64,000 nt of DNA, taken from positions 10,030,379 to 10,094,378 of the forward strand of contig OZ316894.1 of the NCBI GenBank assembly GCA_973895155.1. Direction: 5' to 3'. Of the stretch, positions 35,031 to 47,436 are shown piece after piece (positions within the stretch are counted from its first letter, which is position 1; each line of letters starts with the position of its first letter). The notes beneath the pieces are model-generated. The model was not told where the DNA came from, did not search any database, and saw nothing but the letters and a program-made list of their open reading frames with translations. The stretch comes from Marsupella aquatica. Taxonomy: Eukaryota > Plantae > Marchantiophyta. A program made the position numbers and the translations under genes.

Positions 35031-38000
35031 GCTGTATGAACGGGTGTATGAACAGTCCCAATAAAACTTGTTTTGCCAACTTGATCCATCTAAAAATTAT
35101 TTCTGGCTATAATTGTTTTTTTTGCAGTTGATATATCCAAATTGGAGACTCTATGTAATTCCTAGCCTTAGGGTTCGTTCTTTAAATGTAAATAGAGGTG
35201 ATGAAATTCAAGCTTGCTGTGCTATTTTAATTGAGAGACTCACCTTTTAAACATATTTTCCACTCACACCCCCAACTTCACTTCTGCTCCCAAAGTCACA
35301 ATCTAGAGGCTTCTCTCTAGACGATAGACTCTAAGAGATTTCTTTTCATCACAATTATGTAATTAGATACAAAAATTATAGTCTGGGTAGACTCTGTTTG
35401 AATCACCATCATTTTGACATTATTCAATTTTTCTTGGGGGTCTACTAGCTAGCTGCCAGAGGAGCAGGGTGGAGGGCAATTTTTTAATAATTTCTACAGC
35501 TTTAAGTAGGTTGCAACTAAAGATGACAGAAATAACAATACTCCCACTATTTTTCTTGTATTTGTAAATATGCTACACTTTTGCTCTAAAGTAACTTGGG
35601 TTAACTATAGTGCCACATGTTTTAGTCTTCTATATTGGATCTAAGTTCCGTCCAGGTTACTATCCGTCCAGGTTTGAAACTTTGGTTGGTTGCACTTCAG
35701 TTGCCTTAGTTCACTGCAGTGTACTGGTGTGTGGATATTTTCATCTGAAACTCACAGAAAACAACACACAAAGTGAAAGCAATGCAAGAATGAAAAGCTA
35801 CACTTAAAGGGGAAGGGATGTTGCGAGGGATGTTGGTCGTGTGCGGTGCCAATGAGCAAAAGTGCATAGGGAAAGGAAATTGAGTATGCACAGTACATGC
35901 TTGATCAGCAAAAGAACATCCTCTAAGGGATCAGCAAAAGCTCAATGTCTCAGGGATCAGCAAGAGGAAGTCTGCAAGCTTCAAGTTTAAGGTGAATTCT
36001 TGGAGTTTGGTGATGTTGTTTGAGTTTGGTGGTCAGTTCTTGGTGATCTTGGAATAAAAGCAATCCTCGCCTCACTGCCAGTAAGCCTAATACATATTTG
36101 CTTGATCCTGGTTGTGCATTGTGAACAGAGGGAGAGCCACTGAAGAAAGCAGTCTGTTTGACGATGTAGGCAGAAATCAGAATTCAGAACTAAGTTAGAA
36201 ACCAATGGAGTATATTGTAGTGGTGCAGTCGATGGAATGGTACCTAAACCTGTCAAGGCAAGGAATTGAACGACACATGTCTACTTAATCCGTCCATTTA
36301 TGCATCTATTATCATAATTGGGACTCAAGTGAGAGTTGCCGCTGGCCAAGACTCAGTTAGCATTGATCAGAACCATTTTTGCATTGGAATTTTGGCTCTT
36401 TCAATGGATGTTCTTGGTTTCCACAGGAACTGTGCAATGTCAAATTTGAACACGGAGAAAAGGATTGCGATTCAAAAACAGATTCACACATAATTGAATT
36501 TGAAATGCAGTGGTCAAATTGAGAACATATAGTGGAATGAATGGGCACATCATAGTTAAGTGAGGGCAATCAACCAGCTAGTTTGCTTCTTTGTTGTTCT
36601 GTCTGTCTACAATATACCATACTCACATATATACATAACAGAGATGAGAACATACACAAATACAAGTGTATCACAGTTGAAATTTTTGGAAGACATACTA
36701 TCATAAACACATATAGAATCACAAACAGTTGATCCAAACTCACTCCAAAATGGGAGATTCTAGGTGGAAGCTAATGTGAACCACCATAGCCAAGGAGCAC
36801 CACTCAGTACCAAGACTAATTTCCAAAGCAACAGGCTCAACTCAAAGAATTAACTGTTCTTTGATCAAGTTCACTCCACACAATACCCTCCAACCTGAGC
36901 GCCGGCCCTACTTGGAGAGTCACCCTCAACAGAGCACGCCTCCAACCCTATGCATGAAACCACATCCCCACCTAGGCACTACAGCCCTACATAAGTATGG
37001 CCTCTGCGAGTGCCTATATCCTATGACACAATACATATGGTCATGACAGATACCATAGTATTTAATTTGGGTACTGCTGTTCAGTAATGTCAACTCCTAA
37101 GTTGGTTGCACACTGACCTCTACTCTTCTTGTTTACGCCATTTTTACTCTGAAAAATTTATATGGGGTCATTTTTAAAAACTCTATTAAAAAAAACACAA
37201 CGGAGGGAAACCCTGCCCAAGCATCAAGGCCAACAGCCAAATGGCTCAGGTACATAAAACACTGCCAAAGAACAAAAGGCACCATAAGGGGAGACAGGAT
37301 CACAAAGGCAAGAAACCCAATCAAGAAGGAAACCCTAGTGCAACCATTTGGACATGCTTACGTTGCTAAGCCAAAATTCAGGATGTCTTTGTCGGTTGTG
37401 TGGTATTTGTTTTGCATCTTATTGTCAAACAAACATACTGGAGCTTTGTAGACAAAACTTGGGATCCACCTGCCGTCAATACTAGAATTCCTTTGGGTGG
37501 CAAAACGTGCCAAATTCCACCTCAATGAAATGTCTTTGCCCCCCTTTTGACTGAATCTTGCCAGGTCTTTTGTATCCAATTAACCAATTTATCACTTAAA
37601 CAAAGACTCAAATCTGATGGTCATCCTCAACTATAGGGAAATCTAACAGTCTAAAATTAATCTCTTTTTTTGTTGGTAAAGAAAACCATTTTCTCCTGGG
37701 CATGGTGTCATTTTCAAAGAAAAGAACCCGGTCAGGTGAGGCAGATCAGTATGGAATTAGACAGGCCACCGGTGCTGTGCTTGACCCACTCTACTCTAAG
37801 ACAAATGTAGTCATGAAATTATTGACGGTGGCGTGGGTGCCAATAAGACATGATGTGTGCACAACGTGGATTATACACAGCAAATTAGAAAAGATAGAGG
37901 CGAAAAGACGTGGATAGGCACCACACCTTGCATCTCAAACATATTCACACGTGTTTAATTCATGTGGAGAGTGGGAGTGTTGTATTTCTGGAACATAAAT

Positions 38001-39354
38001 TAAGCCAGAAAGTGGACTTAGCTCAATGGTGGGCAAGTTTGCGTCTGTGGGCGTCTTACTAATGATGAAGGGAACACTGGTCAGTCTGGATAAACGTTGG
38101 TCAAGATTTGTCGCCCGAACTTTAGTCAGGACAGCACATCCAATTTGATACCCATGTGGTCTAGTAAGAACTTAAAAATTAAATAACAACGAATTGACGC
38201 AATCAATCGTATCTCACTCATGAAATTCTGGGGTCAAGAGGGCTTCTTTGGAAGCCAGGATCTTTTTCCACAACCTCAAGGGCCACTCGTGAGAAATCTC
38301 ACTCCCAAAAAGTATCTACAATGCAGCCAAACAATGGAGTCAAAAGGCAGAAGGACAATACCAGAAATTGGAAGACACTCGAAGCATTGCATCCAAGAAT
38401 CTCACTCATCGTGAGATTCAAAGAGTGAACTAAAAATACCCAAACCCAACTTTTGGACAACCTTTGTCCAGACTGAGGGGATCTTTGGGTTGAGGACAAA
38501 TGCACGCAGGTTAAACTCAACATCATGGAATTTGGTCATTTTCCTGAAGGGCACTTAGGCATTGGAATGGACCAATTTTCCATGTGCAGGTGCACTGACC
38601 AGGCTACTTTACATCACACAAAAAGACAGGATTGCCAAACCGGGAGACATGATCCCAAAGGCAAAAGAACCCAATAAAAGGGGGAAGGGAAAGAACCTGG
38701 GAGGTTTACCTGACTTAGTGGCATTAGTGCTTTTAGGGAACTGAAGATTTTTGACCCACAGCCTGGGCCATAACATTCCAGTCAGGTAAACCACCATGGA
38801 ATGGCTGGCTTGAGATGCGCTAATGTAGCTCTCAGTTCCATGGCTGTTGAGACACGTGGGCAATCTAGCTGTGGGAAAGGAGAGATTGGGAGGGGCAAGC
38901 TCATTGGCTGCTGGCAGCAAGTTTAGGTACACCCTGCTGCCCAAGGAAATTGTTTTGTTATTTTCTTGGGTCATCACACATAGTACCAAGCCCTCCCATT
39001 GAGAAAGACCCTACAAGGAACAGTGAGTTATTATAGCCAGTTGGTTCTCACTCTCTTCTTTTGGCAGGGAGTGTCAGTCAAGGCAGGTTGAGGCACTTAA
39101 TTTTAGTACCTCTAATAAGATTACTCTTTGTGACCCTATGGAATTCACTTCAAAGCTTTAGTAGGCTTTTTGGCTCTTTGGACTTAGTGTAGGCCATCGG
39201 CCGTCCATGAAAAGAAAGACAAGCAATCATTTCAAGGTCTGTCACCTTTCGCTGCTCTACTAGGGTGTCTTAGAGCTGACAATTTGATGGACCTTTAACT
39301 CCCTGGTTATGGGTTATGGGTACAAAATTTTTTTGCCACAAGTATTGGTCTTAT

Positions 39355-39673
39355 AACCAACTGGCTTTGGTCAGTTGGCCAGCGGATGAATCTAGAACCG
39401 AGAGGTCCCAGGTTCAATCCTCCCTCCACACATAAGGGGTGTGGAGGGTATGTGTGGGTGGGTGGGGTGTAGTGGTGGGAGTATTGATTATCTCCTCAGC
39501 CCTAGTTGCCCACTTTGGGTTCTGGTTTAATTCTCTCTCTCTCCTGGTCTGGGTCTTTGTCGGATCATTGGGTATTGTCCCCTTGTGGCTGCCCTACATA
39601 GAATTGCGTGTTCCAAAGCAGGACGTCTATCCTCTGTTGGATGGGTCTGCTTTCGGTTTTCAAGGCAAAAAAA
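39355..39673 (+). mobile_element. tRNA-derived SINE, copy 2 (well preserved)
   Basis: A box TGGTCAGTTGG (~39368), B box GGTTCAATCC (~39411), hairpin CCCTCCACAC-ATAAGGG-GTGTGGAGGG, A9 tail, and perfect 15-bp TSD AAGTATTGGTCTTAT (39340-39354 and 39674-39688). Confidence 0.92.
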
Positions 39674-39972
39674 AAGTATTGGTCTTATGCCATTACCATC
39701 AATCACTCTAGAGGCTGCGGATAGAAAAAACAAAAAAAAACTTTTACACAAATCTTGTGAAAAAGTTATGACCATTCCTTTAGTGCTAAATGCCATATCC
39801 ATAATTTGGAAGCTTTGAGAGGCCCTATTGTAACAAACACAAAGGAGCAAATATCATGTGCAAAGGTTAATTGGTGGCAAACACCATCTACACTCAGTCA
39901 AGGACATCCTGCACGAAATTGCTCAGACTCCCGGCCTGACGTTTTTGGAGACATTAATGCATACACTATGGT

Positions 39973-40050
39973 GACAGAAGAGCGGATCCGAGAACCTCAA
40001 AAGTGAAGGTTTCCAGATGTTTGAGGTTCTCAGATCCGCTCTTTGCAGTC
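39973..40050. ncRNA. Candidate pre-miRNA-like hairpin
   Basis: 24-bp stem (39978-40001 with 40020-40043) with one mismatch, 18-nt loop and a short basal extension GAC/GTC. The structure is seen directly; the RNA function is unproven. Confidence 0.4.
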
Positions 40051-40465
40051 GGGCTTTAGTTTGACTACCAATACTTATTTTCTTTGATGATGTCCTTCAG
40101 TGCAATGTATTTACGATGTGGGCAACAATCACCAGGAGTTAATCATCTCAATTGAAGAGAAAGAAGTGGATCTGTTGGGTTCCAATATATTACAATACGA
40201 TAGCTGGACGTATGAAGCAAAGGTAACTTATAACCATTGAATCAAGGATGAATGCTTTGGAGCCTCCCGCCTCTGTCAGTGCATAACAGAGACATGGCTT
40301 CCATAACCTGGATGGAAAATGTGAGGATACCTAGAGCCTGTGAGGTCAACATTCTTGGTGCACTCTTCTAGGAAAGCAGTATACGCAACGTTTTCAAAAT
40401 CGCAAACTAACCTACCATCTCAAATCTGAAGTAACTTAAATTCCAATTCAAGACGAAAACTTGAT

Positions 40466-40746
40466 TTGAGATACGAATACACTGACCAAACCACAGAGCA
40501 AGGACAGACCCAGCCTAAAAATGATTCAAAATCAACATATTTAGCAAACACTCTTCAAACAAAGAAGATTATATGGCAAATTTGCCATCTCAAACCGATC
40601 CAACTTGAATTGAGATACGACTACACTCTCAAGGCACACAGCAAGGACAGACCCAGCCTAAAAATGATTCAAAAGCAACATACCACTTAACAGACTCAAC
40701 AAACAAAGATGAACATATTGCATAAATCAGACATCTCAGACCGATC
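40466..40746. repeat. ~144-bp diverged tandem duplication
   Basis: TTGAGATACGA.TACACT...AGCAAGGACAGACCCAGCCTAAAAATGATTCAAAA starts at 40466 and again at 40610. Confidence 0.85.
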
Positions 40747-42470
40747 TACCATGGAATATCGAACTCAACGGATCAACCTGCTATTGAAATAAACAAATTT
40801 GGATCACCGCTCAATCGCATCAAACACTATTCTTTGCAAAAAATGACACCGGAAGACAAGAATGTGCATGGCCTGGACCGATTCCACAAGCTTGTATTCT
40901 GTAAGAAGCTAAGCCAGGGTACCATAAAAAAAAAGTACGTACAAACAAAGTTGAAGTTAGCGGCAATTCAAACAACACCACCCCATCTCAGCAATCAAAC
41001 GACTGGAGCATATCATGCACGGCTGCGAACTGCTCGAAATTGTGCAAAAACGCCATCCAGCAAGCTCGTCTTCTAGCAGGCAGGATGGAGAAAAACTAGG
41101 ACACTTCGAACCATTGCGGCCAGGATGCTTGATTCTTAATTCGGGCTGGCTGTCGTTGGTGCAATCGTTGTCATTGGATTTGATACAGAGTAAAATGGCA
41201 GAGCACAGAGACCAAAGATTGGAACATAAAAACTTTTAAAAACCTAACACATCGGTACAAATGATTTCACAAGGACCTTAATGTATCAAACTATATTTGC
41301 AAACAGGGTAGGGTTGCTTAGGACCGCCATGACGTTATGAAATTTAGGTTCCGTAAGAAAGCTAAACGAACCTTTGATGTAATCACATCGAGCTCTTTGA
41401 GGTCTAGAAAAAAACATTGTACGGATTCTGAAACACGACGAGGAAATCACCTGCTGGACAGAATACGAAGCTCTATCCTACCACTATCATTGTGGTTAGC
41501 CCTCTGAACCTCTGCGCGCGTGTCTCGCCAACTTCATTTTCAAACTATTCATTTGTTAACATTGATTTATTTTAGTTATCAGTGCTTGACATTTGATATG
41601 CTCCCTACCTTGGATTTTCATTTACTGAGATTTTGAATCCGAGCTCTTTCTCAATTCTTCTTCGTCGACAAAAGGGCGACGATTCTCAAATGGCCTTGAA
41701 AGCACTTGCAGTATGTGGTTGGTGGGAAGTCACTTTTCTGTTGGTTGTTGTTGGAGATTCCGACAAAGCGAGAGAGTTGATAAGACTGATCTATCTCTTG
41801 CGACTGTTTGCTGAGAGGAGTCTTAGTGAACTGTCTAGGTTTTGCCTACTGGTTTTCGTGTCGGTAATGGCCCGAAAAGATGAGCAGGCAATCATTTTTA
41901 TAATCCACAATGCAAGGCTTTGTAAGCATGAGCAAGATTGCCATTCATTCTATCCACAGTACACAAAAATCTCCGGAAAGATGAGCAAGGCAGTCCTGTC
42001 TTGAATCGACAACACAAAGATTGAAAAAATGAGCAAGATCGACATTCATTCAATCCACAATACAGAGCTTCGTAAGCAACCACGTATAAGTTTGCCGTTT
42101 ATAGGAGACGATGTTAGAATTATTTCTCAGATCCGATTAGAAAAATTCCAAAGCCAGTTTGAACTGACAGGACTGAGGCAGTGGAGGATTTATTCCAGTA
42201 GAAGTGGAAGTTGTAATGGCCAGCCTGAAGCTTAAAACTGGAAGGGTTCATGAGTCTTCTCCTTCTGACTGTTAGGAAGTTGACCCTTCTCACCAGAACG
42301 AGAAGACTCAGCAGAGAAACCTGGAAGAACACTTCTAGAGCTGAAGGCCTCGTGTGTATCTTAGTCCTCAACACGAAACTCATGATCTGGACTAAATACT
42401 CCACGACCACCTGTCCGTTAAAACTGGCTCGGAAAAGTCTAATTAGAACTGATACATAATTGTGTCTTAG

Positions 42471-43199
42471 CCCAGGCTCAGCAGCATTCTACATAGTGTG
42501 CTACAAGTATAAGTATTCCTTCCTGAGTGGTGAACTGAATGGTTCAAAAAAATTCACTCAGGCTTTACGCTCATTCTACATAGTGTGTTACAAAATTTCC
42601 TTGTGGAGTTAATAGTTCAAAAAAAAATCACTCAGGCTTGATGCTCAGTAACTCATCCTCACTTAAAGGATAATGGTTGTAACCCCCTTGTACTCACTTA
42701 AAGGATAATGGTTGTAACCCCCTTCGGCTCAGGGTTAATCCCATTACCCCCTTCCTTGGGCTCAGCATCCTCTGGGATTATATCCCATTACCGTTTTCCT
42801 AGTGGAGTGAACACTCATCCTCACTTACACAATCATGGCTGTAACCCCCTTGGGCTCAGCACCCTCTGGGATTTTATCCTATTACCCCTTTCCTTGTGGA
42901 GTGAATTGAATAGTTCAAAAAAAATCACTCAGGCGTGACGCTGGGTAACTCATCCTCTGGGATTATATCCCATTACCCCCTTCCTTGTGGAGTGAACTGA
43001 ATAGTTCAACAAAATTCACTCGGGTTTGACGCCCGGTAACTGATCCTCACTTAGGATAATGGCTGTAACCCCCTTGGGCTCAGCACCCTCTGGGATTATA
43101 TCCCATTACCCCCTCTTGGGGATGGGGTACCATACAAAACATATTCAACTAAAATGAAAACACATCAACTGAAATGAAAACACAGTTGGAATGACTACC
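42471..43199. repeat. Mosaic modular repeat block (left)
   Basis: Shuffled modules GTAACCCCCTTGGGCTCAGCACCCTCT, GGGATTATATCCCATTACCCC, TTCCTTGTGGAGTGAACTGAATAGTTCAAAAAAATTCACTC and ACTTAAGGATAATGGCT. The block ends ...GAAAACACAGTTGGAATGACTACC. Confidence 0.9.
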
Positions 43200-43911
43200 A
43201 TGACCATAGTCCATATCATTGCAGGTGACATTCAGGCGAATAACAACGTCGATCACAACCGTTTGCACAGACGCGTATCCTGGTCATTGAGATAAAGAAA
43301 TCAAACTGACCCAAAGATGGCCGCATTACATCGATTCAGATGTTCATCCAAGTCTCTTCATCAGTGTTGTAAGCGGCAAGAGCTTGCAAGGTTGATCATA
43401 TTATTAGCCCCACAAAACATAAAGGGTTGCATTGAAGTAAGCGCGATTGGTCCATGCATTGTTGAAGAAATCCAAGCTTGGTTTTAAGACACCCATCTGC
43501 TGCTGGCGGCTATAAGGGACAAATTTGATGACACAAGAACTACGCACAAATGGAGGATGATTTTGTAGACCTGATACACTATGATTACGCTGGATACACT
43601 ATGATTATCCAACGACACAGACAGGATGAAACTCTCGGTCTATGAAAACAGCTGTGCAATTCAGTGTTTTCCATGGTAATAGGATCTCCCAATAAACAGA
43701 AATCTAGGTACTAGTAATGAGCGCAATAATCATTCATCTACTTGCATCTTTATTGCATAGATGTTCAAGCATAATTGAAGAGAGATGCAATAAAATTTTG
43801 TCAATCATGCATTTTGGCTTCGTCGTGTCACCCTTTTGTTCAAATTTATGGAGTTGCTTCAAAAACCTCATGGGAAATTGTAGTAATTCACAAAGACAAA
43901 CTATCACAAAA

Positions 43912-45460
43912 CTAAAATTCTAAAGGCCCATCTTTGAGGAGATCCATCCATTGAGCAACTTCCTCCAGAGATTTCCCTACTCGAGCTAAATCACTAATAA
44001 CCTGCATCTTTTTGTCAGTTTGTGCTAGGTGGAGTTGGTGTTTCCTGTCAATTTGAGCTCTGATGTTTTGCGCTTCTTCAACTTGACGTCTGGCTTCCTG
44101 TAGCTCTGCCAGTTCAGTCATTTTCCATCATTCTTTGTTGTCAACCTGCTTGCTTCGGTACGCTGTTATTTTTTGCAAGTTCTTTGAGTACAAACAAAGG
44201 AGAGTCATTCTTGGAGTTAGTTTATCAGCCTGAGCCAAAGTCGATGCAGACCCAGATCCGGATGCTGGTGCCTTTTGTTTTACTCTCTTCTATGCCTGTG
44301 AGTCTTGTTGATTTTGTGGTGTAGTGTTTGGCATCTCTGCCTGCGTAGGAGATTGAGTGATTGAATCATTCTCATTTCTTGTGAATGGAGAATTCTCCAT
44401 GATTGGTTCATTGTCGTTTGAATCATAAACTTATTTATAAACCTCTGCAATGTCGACTGTCGGCAGCTCAGTGTGAATCCAAAATTCAGTTGCAATAGTG
44501 TCACACTCATCCTGGTCCGGGTCTTCATCCTGGTCCAGGCCTTCATCTTTGTCTGTGTCGTATTTGTTCGGGACCCCAATGCAACCCTGTGAACTTTAGT
44601 CCATATTGATCTTCTCCCGAATAGAGCATCCATCCTCTCAAAATTTGGGCACACATATTCTGTTTTCTTTTCCCACGTCATGCCTACACTGAGTTCAAGT
44701 TCAGACAATCCTCCGCCTAATTGGCCAAGCTCATGCTTGGCCTTCTTGTAACGATCATGGTAGCGTTCCGATTTCTTTTTCATGGCATCTCCATTCAGGT
44801 CTGATACTTCCTTCCACCCCATGCCTCCTAGAGTCACGACCATGTTCTTGAATGCACTAATCTTCAAAATGAGCTTGTCACCGATCCATGTCTTTTGCCC
44901 AGTCCTGTAGAGAACTTGGAAGTTCTCTTTGTTTTCCATATAATCGAGCATTCGTTCATATCCATCTGATGAGATTCTAAATCTTTTCGCCTTTTTTGGG
45001 TACCCTGAATTTGTGAACTCTGGCGGAGCAGTTTTCCCATTCACCATGATCTCATCAAGCTCGACATCAATCGGACTCTCTGTCTGCAGAAGGGAATTCA
45101 TATACATCTGGATTATATCCTGCAACAAACCGGAACTGCAATTTGCAAGAGGCACGGATTTGAACTAAGCGATGACCACGACGCTTCCAAGTCACAGCAT
45201 GAAGTGATCCAAGTGACAGCATGGATTGAATACTACTGAACTGTCGACCCAAGCGTGGGGTGGCCTGCCCACAGCGCCTACTATGGTGATGACACCTGCA
45301 GCTTTGTCACCATCCATAAGATCCATGTCTACTCCGTAACTAGTTTTTACGGAACGTGTCAAAGTACCTGACCTCTGCCCCTAAAAGTCCTTGTAACTTG
45401 ATTTACAGCTACTTGAAGTGGGACATAACACAAGGCTTATGGCTGTGTTTTGACACGCCC
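43912..45460 (-). mobile_element. Decayed PIF/Harbinger-like element carrying a Myb/SANT-like DNA-binding ORF (frameshifted)
   Basis: ORF 45155-44280 contains ...YKKAKHELGQLGGGL...CPNFERMDALFG, typical of Harbinger ORF1 Myb/SANT-like proteins. Acidic middle region and coiled-coil C-terminus in other frames (44121-43912). The right boundary reads GGGCGTGTCAAAAC on the minus strand next to TAA (45461-45463). No DDE transposase and no matching nearby left TIR seen. Confidence 0.65.
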
Positions 45461-46377
45461 TAATGGCTGTAACCCCCTTGGGTTCAGCACCCTCTGGGAT
45501 TATATCTCATTACCCCCTCCCTTGTGGAGTGAACTGAATAGTAACCCCCTTGGGCTCAGCACCCTCATCACCCCTTTCATTGTGGAGTGAACTGAATAGT
45601 TCAAAAAAATTCACTCACGCTTGACGCTCGGTAAGTCATCCTCTCGGATTTACATCCCATTACACCGTTCCTTGTGGAGTGAATGCTCGGTAAGTCATCC
45701 TCTCTGATTATATCCCATTACACCCTTCCTTGTGGAGTGAACTGAATAGTTCAAAAACATTCACTCATCCTCTGGGATTATATCCCTTTACCCCCTTCCT
45801 TGTGGAGTGAACAGATTAGTTAAAAAAAAATTACTCAGGACGCCCGGTAACTGATCTTCACTTAAGGATGATGGCTTTATCCTCACTTAAGGATAATGCC
45901 TGTAACCCCCTTGGGCTCAGCACAGTCTGGAATTATATCCTATTACCCCCTTCCTTGAGTAGTTCAAAAACATTTACTGTGGGATTATATCCCCTTACCA
46001 CCTTCCTTGTGGAGTGAACTGAATAGTTCAAAAACATTCACTCAGGCATCCGATTATATCCCCTTACCACCTTCCTTGTGGAGTGAACTGAATAGTTCAA
46101 AAACATTCACTCAGGTTTGATGCCTGGTAACTAATCCTCACTTAAGGACAATGGCTCTAACCCCCTTGGGCTCAGCACCCTCTGGGATTATATCCCATTA
46201 CCCGCTCTTGGGGATTGGGGTACCATACACAACAACATTAACTCAAATGAAAACACAGTTGGAATGACTACCCTTTTTGCTGATTATATCCCATTACCCG
46301 CTCTTGGGGATTGGGGTACCATACACAACAACATCAACTAAAATGAAAACACAGTTGGAATGACTACCCTTTTTGCT
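45461..46377. repeat. Mosaic modular repeat block (right), same orientation as the left block
   Basis: Same modules as 42471-43199. The terminal module (CTCTTGGGGATTGGGGTACCATAC...GGAATGACTACCCTTTTTGCT) is present twice. Confidence 0.9.
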
Positions 46378-47436
46378 TCACCTCAATATTTTGGTGCATT
46401 GACCACGAAGCACAAACATTGGGTTAGTCATCTATAAAACCGAGATATTCAAATCAGGCTCATCTTCCAATAGGAGAAATAGTAGTATAGAAGTCCTCGA
46501 GGGAGTTGCTTGCTCAATTTATCAAACTTCATGAGGATACCCTGCTAGACCCAGTTGACACAGAAGATCAGTCTTCCTCTTTAAGTTCATTGGCCTTGCG
46601 TGAAACATACTGGCAGATCAACGACAATTCAGGATGATGATAGTTTAAGATGAAATGTGCGGCTGCTGGCCACCACCAGTTCTTGTTAGAACTTTCAATC
46701 AAATTCCGGAGATTCATGTTGGACAAATATTTCAGTCCACATCTCAGATATCATCTAGAAAATATTACTCAACAAGACAATCAACGCCTGAAAAATAACC
46801 AGACTCAGTGGCCACTAGCAGAAAGGATAGGAGAAGACCAACACCCACATCGGGACTGCCAAGTTTCTTCAAGCCAGACCAGGAAACAGTCCTTCGGATT
46901 GTCAATGCCGAAGGACAGCCTGAGAGGTCTGCATGAAACGTACTTGGGACAACACGGGCTCCTGATCTCCACTGTCCTCAATCACTTTTCTATGAAAAAA
47001 AAAGCTTGAAATGTGCAAAGCCTCCGCTTACTGCTCCTTTAGTCAGTAAAAACTTACACTCGTCAGACTCCTGGTTTGGCCAGATGGGACAACAAGGGGC
47101 AGCTATTTGCAGAAATGCGAGTCTTCACCTTTAAGCGGTCACTCTAATCTACATAGTGACAGGATCAAACTTCGTGAGGTAAGACGTGAAAAATCTGAAG
47201 GTGCAAAATGTCACAGGAAACAACTGCTGGTAGAAACAATCCCAACTTTCTGGATCCTCTCAAAATAGTAAATCAGACAAAATCGTGTATGACTAACAAG
47301 GCGACCCCAACTATCATTTAAAATCAAGGGGTCACTATTGGATCACATCTACTTCGAGCCTGGTGACTTGTTCTATGCGGGGTTCTATGTCTAGATATGA
47401 CAAATCATTCGCGCAATTATGACACATTGGACTGAC

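Noticed and set aside
38012-38060. tRNA-like A box (TAGCTCAATGGT); a similar weak A/B pair at ~22835-22885
   Set aside because: No proper B box or cloverleaf; at most decayed SINE heads.
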